A stretch of DNA of 50,560 nt from Hormoscilla sp. (GCA_051439505.1 JBFRWI010000162.1:1-50560), one strand, 5' to 3'. Counted from the first letter of the stretch, positions 36,379 through 46,584 are shown. Program-made: numbers and translations. Notes: generated by a model not told the origin, from the letters alone.

Positions 36379-38256
36379 ATGGAACAGCTTATAGAAGATT
36401 GGGAATATCATTATTCCTTGGGGATAGTAACTCCCAGTCAAGTCGTTGAGCCTACACTACAGATCTCACAGCCAGTTTCCATTGCATGGCGAGTTCCTTT
36501 GAACACCGAGACTGAACTGTTGCGGGCTGTTCCCTTTTTCCAGCAGATATCGGAGATAGAAGATGTGGGCAGAGATGGATTGAGCGCTTATCAAATAGCG
36601 GTAAATGAGGGGTACTCTGGCACGGTCACTGAATGGCTAGAGTATTTAAGAGGGCCTGTTGGTCCAGCGGGAGAAAGAGGGCCTATTGGTCCAGCGGGAG
36701 AAACAGCATATGATATGGCTGTTGCTGATGGGTTTGTTGGAGATATCACAGATTGGCTAGAAAGCCTTAACGGTGATGGAATAGAAGAGTCCCCAATGGA
36801 TGGGGTTCAATATGTCCGTAGAGATGGAAACTGGGAGCCAGTTCCTTTCTATAGTAAGGTTATAGCTGGGGAGAAGAGTTTTTATTGGCGGCTTCCCGAC
36901 GGAACAGAGCAGAAAATATCTATTCTTATACAAAATAAAAGCATGCAAATACGTACAGATGATATCAGTTATCTCAATCCTTTTGCCGATCAGAGTGCCC
37001 ACGGTCGGCAGATAGGGCAACCTGAAAGAAATTATTCAACGGGCTGGTTCTTAGACATAGCAAAAGATGACCTAAGCACGGATGGCCAGCAGTCTTTTAG
37101 GATCTTTGACAACCGGCATATCACAGTTCTTGGGAAAATTCCGCTCATTGGACCTTTCACTATTCAGGGCTGGTTCTGTACTGGTCACTATGATGGGCCT
37201 CGGCGTGATTCTGTGATGTTTGATTGGAACGCAGGCAATACAAACGGTTTGCGATTAGAATTTGATACTGACGATCCCGCGATCATGCGTTTGCATCAGC
37301 ACAATGTTGGTGATATTATGTACCATCGTAACTTAAATACTAATTTTAGAGATCTTCAATGGCATCATTTCGCCCTTACTCGTGATGAGCATAACATTAT
37401 GATGATGTGGCTTGATGGGCAGTTCATGCAAGCAATTAAAGAACCATACCCTTTTTCTACTACTACAAACTTTCAGTTCTTTTGCAGGCATAATGATGGT
37501 TCTTTTGGCAATTTGAATGGTTGGTTTAATGGGTTAGAAATAGCAACAGTTTGTCGATATACTCAAGCTATGCAAAGCACTGGATTTACTCCTGCTAAAG
37601 TAGTTACACTTGTGCCACAAACTGAGTTCTTATTACAAAATGATAAAAACATTCAAAGGTACGCAACTGTTGGAGACGATAGACCTTTGATTTTTAGAAA
37701 TACAGCAAAGCTTTATTTTCTAGAAACAGATGCAGCACGAGCTATTTTGGGGACTTATGCGTTAAGGCATGATGGCGACAACAACGGCTGGATAACCTTG
37801 ACCCAGTCAGCAGATTACGTAGCCAATCAAAATGACTTTGATTTTGAGTATAGTTTCTATCAGGTGAATGGGAGCCATAGCTACCATGTCGCTTGCAATA
37901 ATCTAAGCACCACCTATGGACGCTTTATGTTTGGCTATGGGAGTGCTAGCAATACGACTCATTTAGTCTTTTGGGCTGGTGGATCGCAGGATTGGAATTT
38001 AGCAACTGAATTGCATGTAGTTGTCTCTTTACCCAAAAATCAGCTTCACAGAATAGGATTGCAGCGCAGGGGCAATATACTTGCCTTCTTTTTAGGGGGA
38101 AGACAAGTGCAGACGTTAACCATTCCAGAAGATTATGTTTGGTCCCTGGATTTTAACGACTTGGTACTGTTTGCCCATGACACGAGTGGCAATCAATTTG
38201 GTATGCAAAATCAAATCATCTATATAAAAGATGTTAATTTTACGATTCATTCATGA
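36379..38256 (+). CDS. Fibre/receptor-binding-like protein (collagen-like segment and LamG/ConA-like domains)
   Basis: SAYQIAV.EG..G...EWL..L.G repeats flanking GPVGPAGERGPIGPAG; ESPMDGVQYVRRDGNW fibre motif; FTIQGWF, QWHHFALTRD, MWLDG LamG motifs. Confidence 0.75.
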   Translation: MEQLIEDWEYHYSLGIVTPSQVVEPTLQISQPVSIAWRVPLNTETELLRAVPFFQQISEIEDVGRDGLSAYQIAVNEGYSGTVTEWLEYLRGPVGPAGERGPIGPAGETAYDMAVADGFVGDITDWLESLNGDGIEESPMDGVQYVRRDGNWEPVPFYSKVIAGEKSFYWRLPDGTEQKISILIQNKSMQIRTDDISYLNPFADQSAHGRQIGQPERNYSTGWFLDIAKDDLSTDGQQSFRIFDNRHITVLGKIPLIGPFTIQGWFCTGHYDGPRRDSVMFDWNAGNTNGLRLEFDTDDPAIMRLHQHNVGDIMYHRNLNTNFRDLQWHHFALTRDEHNIMMMWLDGQFMQAIKEPYPFSTTTNFQFFCRHNDGSFGNLNGWFNGLEIATVCRYTQAMQSTGFTPAKVVTLVPQTEFLLQNDKNIQRYATVGDDRPLIFRNTAKLYFLETDAARAILGTYALRHDGDNNGWITLTQSADYVANQNDFDFEYSFYQVNGSHSYHVACNNLSTTYGRFMFGYGSASNTTHLVFWAGGSQDWNLATELHVVVSLPKNQLHRIGLQRRGNILAFFLGGRQVQTLTIPEDYVWSLDFNDLVLFAHDTSGNQFGMQNQIIYIKDVNFTIHS

Positions 38257-38346
38257 GCACCGATCGCCTAGTTTGTGTTAGTCTGAATAATATAGATCGA
38301 CGGTCTAGTGACTTCCTGTTGGAAACTTAATATTGGAATTTTCGAG

Positions 38347-39972
38347 ATGACCGAGAAAACTATTATTCATTCCCTGATTGGGGGGGGCTCTGTCCCCAAG
38401 ACTATTATCCCATTATATCGAACAAGTTATGGGGCGAAAGTTTTGAGCCTTAAAGCCGATGTCTGGATTCCAGGTTATTCAATTGTCCCACTCCCCTTTT
38501 TAGATGAAGACAATACTCCAGAGCAAGATACGTTAATTTTAGTTAAAGACGAATTTGACAATGCTCAAATTTTCTTGCATCTTTTTTTAAGAGATCTGTC
38601 CACATGGCATTTTGTCCGTACATTTCCGCTTGTTAACAGAGGGACATTGATGATCCCAGATCTTTTAGCCTCGTATACTAATCACTGGGGATATTTTGCT
38701 TTACAAAAAGGTTATGTGCTCGGGGTTTGTTTTGAATTTATAGAGAAAGAACTGGATACATATGAATATATTACTGTTCGTGGTCATATAGAGGAGTCTA
38801 TACTTCCAGGGACGGAGGAGGTGATAGATGAGTCCCCTGTAGAAGTTCCCGAGCTGCCTCCAATACCTACTAGAACGCCGCAACCGACGCCAGACCCATC
38901 TCCAACACCAGACCCGTCACCGGCGCCAGACCCATCTCCAACACCAGACCCATCGCCAACGCCAGACCCGTCACCAACGCCAGACCCATCTCCAACGCCA
39001 GACCCGTCACCGGCACCAGACCCATCGCCAACACCAGACCCGTCACCGGCGCCAGACCCATCGCCGACGCCAGACCCATCGCCAACACCAGACCCATCGC
39101 CAACACCAGACCCGTCACCGGCGCCAGACCCATCACCGACGCCAGACTTGATTGTTGTTGGGGTCAGTAATCCTACTTCAGTTGTTCCAGGGGGCACTCT
39201 TATTTATCAATTTACGGTCGCCAATGTTGGTAGTGCGATACAAGGTGAGATCTCAGTTTCGAGTACCCTACCTTCTAGTTTCGAGTATGAAAATGTGACT
39301 TTTAGTAGGGGAGGTTTTTCTACAGATGGGGTTAGTGATAATGTTCTCCAGTTTTATGGGGGGAGACTTGAACCATTAGAATCTGCTGATTTTACTGTAT
39401 CTGGTACTGTTGCACAAAGTACATCTGTTGGGCAGATTGAAAACATAGTTGCGATCGGGGATGGGGATACTGTAATTACAATTCCCACAACAATTATGGA
39501 GTCTAGCCCAGGAAATCCAGAACCAGTAGAGCCGACTCCGACACCACAGCCAGTTCCAGATCCAGAGCCAGAGCCAGAATTACCTCCTATCGAATCAGAG
39601 TTAGAGTTGACACTTTCTACTACATCATCTGCGGTCCAGGTTGGGGGGACTGTATCGTATAGATTCCGTCTTGAGAATCTTTCTTCGAGGACAATAATGG
39701 GCATAAGCGTTGACAATGATTTTGTTGGCACGGGGGTGACGGTTGTTGGTGCAAGTGTAGATCCACCAGAAAGAGACTTTAGGGTTGTTAGTGCTAGAGG
39801 GTATGATTTCTTGGGGACGTTACTCCCTAGGCAAGTAGTCCGTTTGGATGTTGTGTTGATATTGCCTAATTCCTACACGGGGACATTACAATCTACGACA
39901 ACGCTCCGAACCGATGACGGTCGTTCTAAAGAGTATGTGTATGAGAAGGGATTTTCTATAAGTCCTAGTTAA
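38347..39972 (+). CDS. Putative structural/spike protein: shared N-domain, (P[T/A]PDPS)14 stalk and two DUF11/Ig-like domains
   Basis: MTEKTII start shared with the next gene; [15 protein letters not shown] and [18 protein letters not shown]11-like motifs. Confidence 0.7.
   Translation: MTEKTIIHSLIGGGSVPKTIIPLYRTSYGAKVLSLKADVWIPGYSIVPLPFLDEDNTPEQDTLILVKDEFDNAQIFLHLFLRDLSTWHFVRTFPLVNRGTLMIPDLLASYTNHWGYFALQKGYVLGVCFEFIEKELDTYEYITVRGHIEESILPGTEEVIDESPVEVPELPPIPTRTPQPTPDPSPTPDPSPAPDPSPTPDPSPTPDPSPTPDPSPTPDPSPAPDPSPTPDPSPAPDPSPTPDPSPTPDPSPTPDPSPAPDPSPTPDLIVVGVSNPTSVVPGGTLIYQFTVANVGSAIQGEISVSSTLPSSFEYENVTFSRGGFSTDGVSDNVLQFYGGRLEPLESADFTVSGTVAQSTSVGQIENIVAIGDGDTVITIPTTIMESSPGNPEPVEPTPTPQPVPDPEPEPELPPIESELELTLSTTSSAVQVGGTVSYRFRLENLSSRTIMGISVDNDFVGTGVTVVGASVDPPERDFRVVSARGYDFLGTLLPRQVVRLDVVLILPNSYTGTLQSTTTLRTDDGRSKEYVYEKGFSISPS
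38884..39147 (+). repeat. 18-bp coding tandem repeat, 14 units plus a partial unit
   Basis: Encodes P(T/A)PDPS. Confidence 0.95.
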
Positions 39973-39974
39973 AA

Positions 39975-41531
39975 ATGACTGAAAAAACAATAATCAAAAC
40001 GATCACATTTGCCAACTATGCATCAGAGATAGTTCCAGTATATTTAGCTAGACAGCATTCAAAAGTCTTAAGCTTGAAGGTTCAATCTCGTCTGCCTAGC
40101 TATAGATTACATCAGTATCCGTTCAGCCTTTCCTTTGATGATACAGACGAATTGAATAGAGCAAGGATTACTACATATAATTGTGAGCATACCCAGGTTT
40201 TAATTAATTTATTTTTGATGGATTATAAGCGTTGGAATCTTATACGCTCAGAGCCTGTTGTTAATTATGGTGGGGTTATTGAAACTTTAGTTATCGAGCC
40301 ATACATTAGTGATTTTTGCTATTTTGTTTTACAACGTGGATTTGCTATCGGCATTCACATTCAATGCTTAGAGCACCCTTTAATGCCTGGGGATGTAATT
40401 ACCATTATTGGGCATGCAGAGACAGCAGAAGAATCCGCCCCTGTAGCGGATCTCATTCCTAGCCCTGAAAATATTTATTTTGCTGCACCTTCTTTGCCAT
40501 TGCCCAAGCCCCGGGGTGGATTTATTTTAGATGCTTATCCAGATGCGATCGCGGGTTTTAGCTTGAGGAAGTTAACGGAACATTACAATGGTCCTGCTCT
40601 TCGTGCTCGTCGTGCGGATGGGGTAGACGCTGATATTGGATTTGATGGCGATCGATTGGATGTAGCGCAGTTATTCGACTTTGCATCAGGTAGTAGTGTT
40701 CATGGACATGTTGAGGTTTTGGTTTGGTACGATCAAACTGGGAGATACGGTCATTTGTATGCTCCCGATCTCTCTCTTGATGAAAAAAGGCCCTTGATCA
40801 TGTCATACTCTAATAGAAGGGGATATAAAATATATAGCGATGCTTTAGGGTATAAAATAAAGAATGGAGAGCAGGTCCGTGATGATAGATATCGAGATCT
40901 TCCTTACATGGAGTTTCAGAGGGGGTCGTTTTTACGGGGAGCCGAGGGTGTTAGGATTCTCGGAGATGCATCTCGGAGATTGGTTGTAGTCGCTGGTCGG
41001 TTTGGTTTTGGGGAGCCTTATTTATGCGGTTTTGGAGGGACGGAAAGTCCTCAGTTTTACGGATTGTCCTTTTTTCGTCGATCGGGAAGACCTAGCCGCA
41101 CAATGAAAGTGTTTTTGACTAATGGGAGGGATGGGAATTCTTTGTCTTTACGATATGGTAGCACGAATATAATTTGCGCTACGTATTATCAGAAAAGCAA
41201 GATCAATCATTTGTCTCTTAATGGAGGGGCAGACGTGGGGGGGGATGTTGATATGTCATCCGAGTTTCTTCTTGAGACTATTGACGGGCCTCTCGCTGTC
41301 GGGGCAACTTCTTTCCCCGTTCCAATAGAACAACAGCGGCAAGGGGATTTTGCTTGTTATGAATTACTGCTGTGGGGTCAAATAAATCCTACTGACAATT
41401 GGACCCCTGGCAGGGACACTCATTGGGACTTAGCTATTGATATGGATATATTTTATCCGACATTTGAGCCTTTTAGTAGACGATATGTGAGACCTGGGGG
41501 TAGAGTTTACGATGTTCAAAACATTAATTAA
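39975..41531 (+). CDS. Putative structural/spike protein: shared N-domain plus LamG/ConA-like head
   Basis: AGFSLRKL...YNGPALRARR.DG..ADIGF and V.VWYDQTG motifs typical of phage lectin-like domains. Confidence 0.7.
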   Translation: MTEKTIIKTITFANYASEIVPVYLARQHSKVLSLKVQSRLPSYRLHQYPFSLSFDDTDELNRARITTYNCEHTQVLINLFLMDYKRWNLIRSEPVVNYGGVIETLVIEPYISDFCYFVLQRGFAIGIHIQCLEHPLMPGDVITIIGHAETAEESAPVADLIPSPENIYFAAPSLPLPKPRGGFILDAYPDAIAGFSLRKLTEHYNGPALRARRADGVDADIGFDGDRLDVAQLFDFASGSSVHGHVEVLVWYDQTGRYGHLYAPDLSLDEKRPLIMSYSNRRGYKIYSDALGYKIKNGEQVRDDRYRDLPYMEFQRGSFLRGAEGVRILGDASRRLVVVAGRFGFGEPYLCGFGGTESPQFYGLSFFRRSGRPSRTMKVFLTNGRDGNSLSLRYGSTNIICATYYQKSKINHLSLNGGADVGGDVDMSSEFLLETIDGPLAVGATSFPVPIEQQRQGDFACYELLLWGQINPTDNWTPGRDTHWDLAIDMDIFYPTFEPFSRRYVRPGGRVYDVQNIN

Positions 41532-42195
41532 ATCTTGGAGCAGCGTTAATAAATCTTGGGGGAAAATGGCCACTATAAGTGAAGCTTTTGATAATAGTTA
41601 TCATTACCGAAACTCAATAGGAGTTAAGCTGTATCCAGGGATAGTAGATATTCTCCATCAGGCAAACCATAGTGGAATTATTATTTGTCTTAAGGCTTGG
41701 ATGAGTCTGTATGAGCAGCATGTTGACGGGCGTCTTGGGTATACAGCTAAACCGTTGGGGATACCAGATGGCTCTAGCTTTGAGGATGATCGCGTAGTGA
41801 ATTTGCAAAATGTTGCTAGTGACCGACGGATGCGGTTTTATCTTGAATTTCTTAAGGCTACAAGGATTTTTGATGAGCCGACGAGTCCTTTTGCCCCGCC
41901 TCGTAAACCATCTTTGCTTGGTATTGATTGGCTCTCTGAAGATACAGCAGTTTTGTTGGATTGGGCTGATTGGCATTTGCTGAGCCGATTCTCTATTCCC
42001 GTGAGAAATGTCCCTATTGAGATTGATTTGTTGAGCGAAGTGAAAAGCCGAGATGATTTAGGATATCTTCCCTTCGTCAAGGGAGATATCTTTGGAGTGC
42101 GGCTTTTGGTAGATTCATTTCAGGACAATCACCACTTATCCTTTGGAGATGCTATAAGTATAGTAGGCAGTATTGTAGATGAGGAGTTAGAATAA
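41512..42195 (+). CDS. Putative structural protein: stand-alone copy of the shared N-domain
   Basis: WHLLSRF, GYLPFVKGDIFGV, GDAISIVG align with segments of the two upstream N-domains. Confidence 0.6.
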   Translation: MFKTLIKSWSSVNKSWGKMATISEAFDNSYHYRNSIGVKLYPGIVDILHQANHSGIIICLKAWMSLYEQHVDGRLGYTAKPLGIPDGSSFEDDRVVNLQNVASDRRMRFYLEFLKATRIFDEPTSPFAPPRKPSLLGIDWLSEDTAVLLDWADWHLLSRFSIPVRNVPIEIDLLSEVKSRDDLGYLPFVKGDIFGVRLLVDSFQDNHHLSFGDAISIVGSIVDEELE

Positions 42196-44024
42196 TGTCA
42201 TTGGCGGGTCTTTCTCTTGCTACGCCTGGTGTTCCGGGGGCTTTTGGCTATGGTGGGGGCTGGGCTTTGGGGAGTGGGTATGCTCCTTTGTCTGCATTGA
42301 GTGGAGTGGGGGCTTGGCTTGGTCATGCGGTGGGACCTATAGTCTCTGCTGGGGGTTCTGCTTTATATGCTGCTGGTACTGCTTTAGCCTATGGAACTGT
42401 TACTGTGGGTGGAGCGATCCTGATTGTACTACTCACTCCTAGCGTTACTGGAGACTTGACGATCTCCAGTCCCATAGCTACGTCTAGCCCTTATGTTGGG
42501 CCTCCTCTGCCTACCACTATTACAGAGACTATTACGAGAACTTTAACTAGAACGACGTACTTTTCCAGTGCGACGCTTGTCTATCATAATTGGAATGGTC
42601 TGATAGGAACAGCCCAGGGTATGTACTTAGCTGCTGTTCCTGATGGGGATAGAATTATTTGGCCTTATTTAAGTACCGGGTGGGTTAGTCAACGGGGTTT
42701 AATAGGAGGAGGGACTCCTTTTGATATGGGGGGGTTTATGCAGAAGGGGGGGGAAGTTTGGTTAGGGGCTGGCTTGAATACCCGGGACTCTTTCCTCCTG
42801 TGGTTTGAAAAAAGTTTCCCTGCTTCTTGGACAGACTTGGGGCTTGTGTGGACTCCGGATATGATGAGCGCGAACGATCCGCGTCAAGAGCATCGGTGGA
42901 AGTGGGATGGTTATGGATGGTTGCATCAGCCAAATTTGGCGCGTTACGATCCGGATGGGGTTGAATGGTTTGACGGAGGCATTCATCCAGATTTTTTGGA
43001 TTATCTATATGTCCTCGGGAACTTTGCTCATTCCTTGGCTCAGAGAGGGGCATTCTTTAATGCGTCAGGGGAACTTCGGAAGACTTTTACCAATCTTTAC
43101 GGGGGATTGACTCTTGTGATCAAGAGTGAGCGTGGTTTTGATGTCTGGAATTCTAAGCAGTTGAGTGATTACGCCTGGAAATGGTCTAATGGGGCTACCG
43201 CAGACCCTCGTGATGCGGTGCCAATATTGGAGGGTCACAGACCTCTCGCAGAGGAGTTTGTCCTTTGGGAGTCACCGCCACATACTGAAAAAGAAAAGGT
43301 TTCTACGATAACTCTTACAAAGACAAAGACGAAAATGAAGTGTTGCCCGTTAGTTCTTAAAAAGTTAAAAAAAATAAAAAAGATCCTTGCGACTTATGTT
43401 GTCCATGATGTTAAAGGATATTTCCCTCCGATCTGTTTGGAACGGGGGACCAAAAACCGTTTCACCGGGGAGCCGATTGTAGACTGGAACAACCGCCATG
43501 CTGTAAATAGTCTGGTGAACAGGATCTCTAGTGGGACCGTCCCCATAACAGTAGGCCCTGGTGGAGTTAAGGAGATTTATGCTGGGAAGGGGCTTGCTGG
43601 AATTGCTAAGATGATCAAAGCCCAAAACTTTCAGCAAAGTCAGACGGCGCTTGCTACCGATCGGGCTAAGGCTTTATGGTGTGAGGTGGCTGAGCCTGAA
43701 CTTGAAACTAGGTTATTGGCTTCCGGTATAGAGGAAGATCAGTTGGTAAGCTTGACACCTACAACGATTTATGTTATATTGAATGTGGAGTATGATCCGA
43801 CCCAAATCAGAAACTTCTGGCCATCTATGACGTCAGCACTCCCTGATAAGTTGTGGGCAGGGCATGTTCTATTTAAAGACTCTGACGGAAATTATTCGCC
43901 TGAGTATCCTGTTATCAGCAAGAATACCCGGCTTTTTTTGCCATTTCCGTCCTCGGGGATCTTGATCAGACCTGCCCAGGGGGTAAGGTATCGGGTCTCT
44001 GTTCGGCAGGTTGTGCCGACTTGA
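42195..44024 (+). CDS. Hypothetical virion-like protein with Gly/Ala-rich hydrophobic N-terminus
   Basis: TM-like N-terminal segment, Thr-rich stretches, basic MKCC..KKLKKIKK helix; coupled start. Confidence 0.65.
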   Translation: MSLAGLSLATPGVPGAFGYGGGWALGSGYAPLSALSGVGAWLGHAVGPIVSAGGSALYAAGTALAYGTVTVGGAILIVLLTPSVTGDLTISSPIATSSPYVGPPLPTTITETITRTLTRTTYFSSATLVYHNWNGLIGTAQGMYLAAVPDGDRIIWPYLSTGWVSQRGLIGGGTPFDMGGFMQKGGEVWLGAGLNTRDSFLLWFEKSFPASWTDLGLVWTPDMMSANDPRQEHRWKWDGYGWLHQPNLARYDPDGVEWFDGGIHPDFLDYLYVLGNFAHSLAQRGAFFNASGELRKTFTNLYGGLTLVIKSERGFDVWNSKQLSDYAWKWSNGATADPRDAVPILEGHRPLAEEFVLWESPPHTEKEKVSTITLTKTKTKMKCCPLVLKKLKKIKKILATYVVHDVKGYFPPICLERGTKNRFTGEPIVDWNNRHAVNSLVNRISSGTVPITVGPGGVKEIYAGKGLAGIAKMIKAQNFQQSQTALATDRAKALWCEVAEPELETRLLASGIEEDQLVSLTPTTIYVILNVEYDPTQIRNFWPSMTSALPDKLWAGHVLFKDSDGNYSPEYPVISKNTRLFLPFPSSGILIRPAQGVRYRVSVRQVVPT

Positions 44025-44052
44025 TGTAAGTAAAAAGAAGAGGAGGGCTTAA

Positions 44053-44427
44053 ATGTCTTCAGGAGATTTCATTATTTCTAAGTGTGAGGACACCCAGGAT
44101 CCCACAATAGTATATAAGTGTCGGGTGCAGAAAGAGACTTTAGATGCGTCTATTGGCTCTGTAATGAATACAGAAGCTACTATGGACGTGAATCAGGCTG
44201 TTTCTGCCTGGATTGGAAAGAGTAATCGTCAGCTAGGGTTCCGTCCCGCCATTGCATATTTTAGATGGCAGGACGGACAAATCCCTGCTAACTATACTGG
44301 GCAAACTGGAAAAATCGTGCTTCTTACTCAAGCGGCATATAAGGCGGCTGTAAAAATGGGAGCAGAAATCACCTATCTGACTAAAATGGCGGATATAACA
44401 AGTGTGGATCCTTCTGATGCTAAATGA
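44053..44427 (+). CDS. Small beta-rich protein, candidate major structural protein
   Basis: Very strong RBS GAAGAGGAGGG; 124 aa. Confidence 0.6.
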   Translation: MSSGDFIISKCEDTQDPTIVYKCRVQKETLDASIGSVMNTEATMDVNQAVSAWIGKSNRQLGFRPAIAYFRWQDGQIPANYTGQTGKIVLLTQAAYKAAVKMGAEITYLTKMADITSVDPSDAK

Positions 44428-44462
44428 AGCAAGATGAACTTTTTGGATGGATTTCGTGAGGT

Positions 44463-44723
44463 TTGACAATGAGAAAGCTTTACTTTAAGGGCCCTTATAA
44501 CCTCATAGCTTTTGAGGTTATCCCTGCGTTAGTGCAGGCAGGAATAATAGCACCTGTGACTGATGAAACTATCTTGACTTATCGTCCTCCTCATGGTCCT
44601 GATCGATGGATCTATGAGTGGTTGGTAGACGCTTTTGAGGAAGGAACTGAAAACTCTGAGGATGTCTCGAAGGAGAGTCTTGACAATTCTCAGGGTGTAG
44701 AGGGACTTGAAATATTGGAGTAA
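44463..44723 (+). CDS. Small acidic hypothetical protein
   Basis: GAGG RBS; co-oriented. Confidence 0.6.
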   Translation: MTMRKLYFKGPYNLIAFEVIPALVQAGIIAPVTDETILTYRPPHGPDRWIYEWLVDAFEEGTENSEDVSKESLDNSQGVEGLEILE

Positions 44724-44727
44724 CGAT

Positions 44728-45675
44728 ATGGTTTATGACCTATCTAGTTATGGCGCGATGATTGTTGATCAGAGCAGGGATTTGTACGTGCAGTCTCTGC
44801 TTGATCGAGTACATCCAGGCGATCGTGTTTTAGACTTGGGATCTGGTACGGGATATTTCTCGTTAATCGCTTTGAAGCAGGGGGCTAAAAAGGTCTATGC
44901 AATAGAGCCTGATGAGGAAGCGTTAAAATGGATAGATCCCTGTGCGGCGGAGAATAAAGTAGCCCCTGGCACTTTAACTGCCATATGCAAGGACATCAAG
45001 CGAGTGACCTTAGAGGATCTGGACAACGAGAAGGTTGATGTTATCGTCTGGGATACTAGGGGTACGATTCCACACAACTTGAGTGTTGAAACAGTTATTT
45101 CAGCGAGAAGATTTTTGAAGCCTGATGGTTCTATTATTGCTAAGAAAGATTTTCTGTATTTAGCATTAGTAGAAGACTCTTCTTTTTGGGATAAGTTGGC
45201 TTCTCCTTGGGTTAATGGAGGGGTCCGAGAGGTTAATCTGACGAGTTGTCGAAATGCCTGTCTCGATCGATTTTATCAATGTTCGCTTGAGGGAAGGCAT
45301 CTGTTGTCGAAGCCAGTGTTGTTTCAGGAAATCGATTATGCGACAGTAGAACCTGGGTATGAGTTCAAAGGTTCAATGACTTTAGAGGTTGAGAAAAAAG
45401 CTCTTCTTCATGGGTTTGCCTTGTGGTTTAACTCCGAAATAGATGATGGGTTGTTTTTGTCAAATGAGCCTGGGGCAAAAGGGTCACGATTGTATAATCA
45501 AATGTTTTTTACTTTAAGGGAGCCGTGTTTTGTTTCTAAGGGTTATAAAGTGAACCTGAATATAAACACGTCTTTGTTTGAGTCGGAGAAAGGGATTATG
45601 GCGCGGGTGATTCGGAATGGCTCTATTGTGGATACAGATTCGCGATTGGTTATGACTTTCGACCAAGATGGATAA
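44728..45675 (+). CDS. PRMT-like class I SAM-dependent protein methyltransferase
   Basis: YGAMIVD..R, VLDLGSGTG, GAKKVYAIE, KVDVIV, RRFLKPDG.II, LHGFALWF, LSNEPG...YNQMFF follow the PRMT Rossmann plus beta-barrel layout; GGAG RBS. Confidence 0.8.
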   Translation: MVYDLSSYGAMIVDQSRDLYVQSLLDRVHPGDRVLDLGSGTGYFSLIALKQGAKKVYAIEPDEEALKWIDPCAAENKVAPGTLTAICKDIKRVTLEDLDNEKVDVIVWDTRGTIPHNLSVETVISARRFLKPDGSIIAKKDFLYLALVEDSSFWDKLASPWVNGGVREVNLTSCRNACLDRFYQCSLEGRHLLSKPVLFQEIDYATVEPGYEFKGSMTLEVEKKALLHGFALWFNSEIDDGLFLSNEPGAKGSRLYNQMFFTLREPCFVSKGYKVNLNINTSLFESEKGIMARVIRNGSIVDTDSRLVMTFDQDG

Positions 45676-45687
45676 TTAGTTGATCTG

Positions 45688-45714
45688 AGGACTAGCACAT
45701 TTAGCTAGTCCTTT
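45688..45714 (+). terminator. Probable intrinsic terminator
   Basis: AGGACTAGC-ACATTTA-GCTAGTCCT followed by TT. Confidence 0.55.
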
Positions 45715-45755
45715 CCCTTGAAATAATAAACAGACAAAATAGAGGACTTATCCCC

Positions 45756-46157
45756 ATGGTGGATTTGACAACTGTTTCGATACTTGCTATTGAGTTTGGC
45801 TTGGGAGCCTTGGTTCTAAAGCACAATCATGTGATAGATAAGCAAACAGATGTTCTCTCAGAGATTGATGGAAAGCTAGATCGAGAGTTTCAGAGATTGG
45901 AAGTTAGGGTGAATAACCTGTTGCAAGAATTTGATCGGGACATTAAAGAATATGCAACTATTAGTCATCAAATGAATCAGAGCTTTAAAGAGGCTAAAAG
46001 AAATATCGAGGTTACTTTGTTAGGAGTAGAAAATAAAAATCAGATGGTTTTGTCTAAAATTTATGGGGTTTTAGAAGATCTGAAACGTATTAGTTTTAGT
46101 TTACTATCAGAACTTGACATTAGGAGAAATAAAGAGGGTGAGTCTAACACGGGATAA
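45756..46157 (+). CDS. N-terminal TM plus coiled-coil protein (holin-like architecture)
   Basis: Hydrophobic N-terminus VSILAIEFGLGALVL, then heptad-rich helix. Confidence 0.55.
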   Translation: MVDLTTVSILAIEFGLGALVLKHNHVIDKQTDVLSEIDGKLDREFQRLEVRVNNLLQEFDRDIKEYATISHQMNQSFKEAKRNIEVTLLGVENKNQMVLSKIYGVLEDLKRISFSLLSELDIRRNKEGESNTG

Positions 46158-46584
46158 AGAGGACGAGCTTGTTCGGGCGCTGGTTGTTGATGATGAAAGA
46201 TTGACGAGAAAATTATATCAGTTGTACTTTCGCAAACTTAAATGGCTAGAATTTGAGTTCGCAGAGAATGGTGCGATCGCATTAGAGAAGATAAAAGGGA
46301 CTTCCGTTCCCTCTTTTAACGTTATTATTACCGACATCAACATGCCAGAGATGGATGGGATTGAGCTGTTACGGCGTATTGGGGAAGACAAAAGTAGTAG
46401 GATCCTTCCAATTGTTGTAACTGCTTATTGGGGGGAATATCAAGAGGGTATAAAAGAGGTAGGATTTTACCGGATCCTTCCGAAACCTATTGACTTTGAA
46501 CTGTTAGTCTTGGCGATTAAGCGTGGGTTGGTTCAGTATGACTTATTGAATAGGGACAATGGAGAAAGTTTGCGATCAAGCTGA
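46114..46584 (+). CDS. Stand-alone CheY-like response regulator receiver (likely GTG start 46138)
   Basis: ALVVDDE, IITDINMPEMDGIELL, VVTA, LPKP: catalytic residues present. Confidence 0.9.
   Translation: MTLGEIKRVSLTRDKEDELVRALVVDDERLTRKLYQLYFRKLKWLEFEFAENGAIALEKIKGTSVPSFNVIITDINMPEMDGIELLRRIGEDKSSRILPIVVTAYWGEYQEGIKEVGFYRILPKPIDFELLVLAIKRGLVQYDLLNRDNGESLRSS

Noticed and set aside
38784..39197. Antisense GVGDGS-repeat ORFs
   Set aside because: Mirror of the PTPDPS coding repeat on the + strand.
36379..44024. Diversity-generating retroelement acting on the fibre genes
   Set aside because: No reverse transcriptase and no template/variable repeat pair seen.
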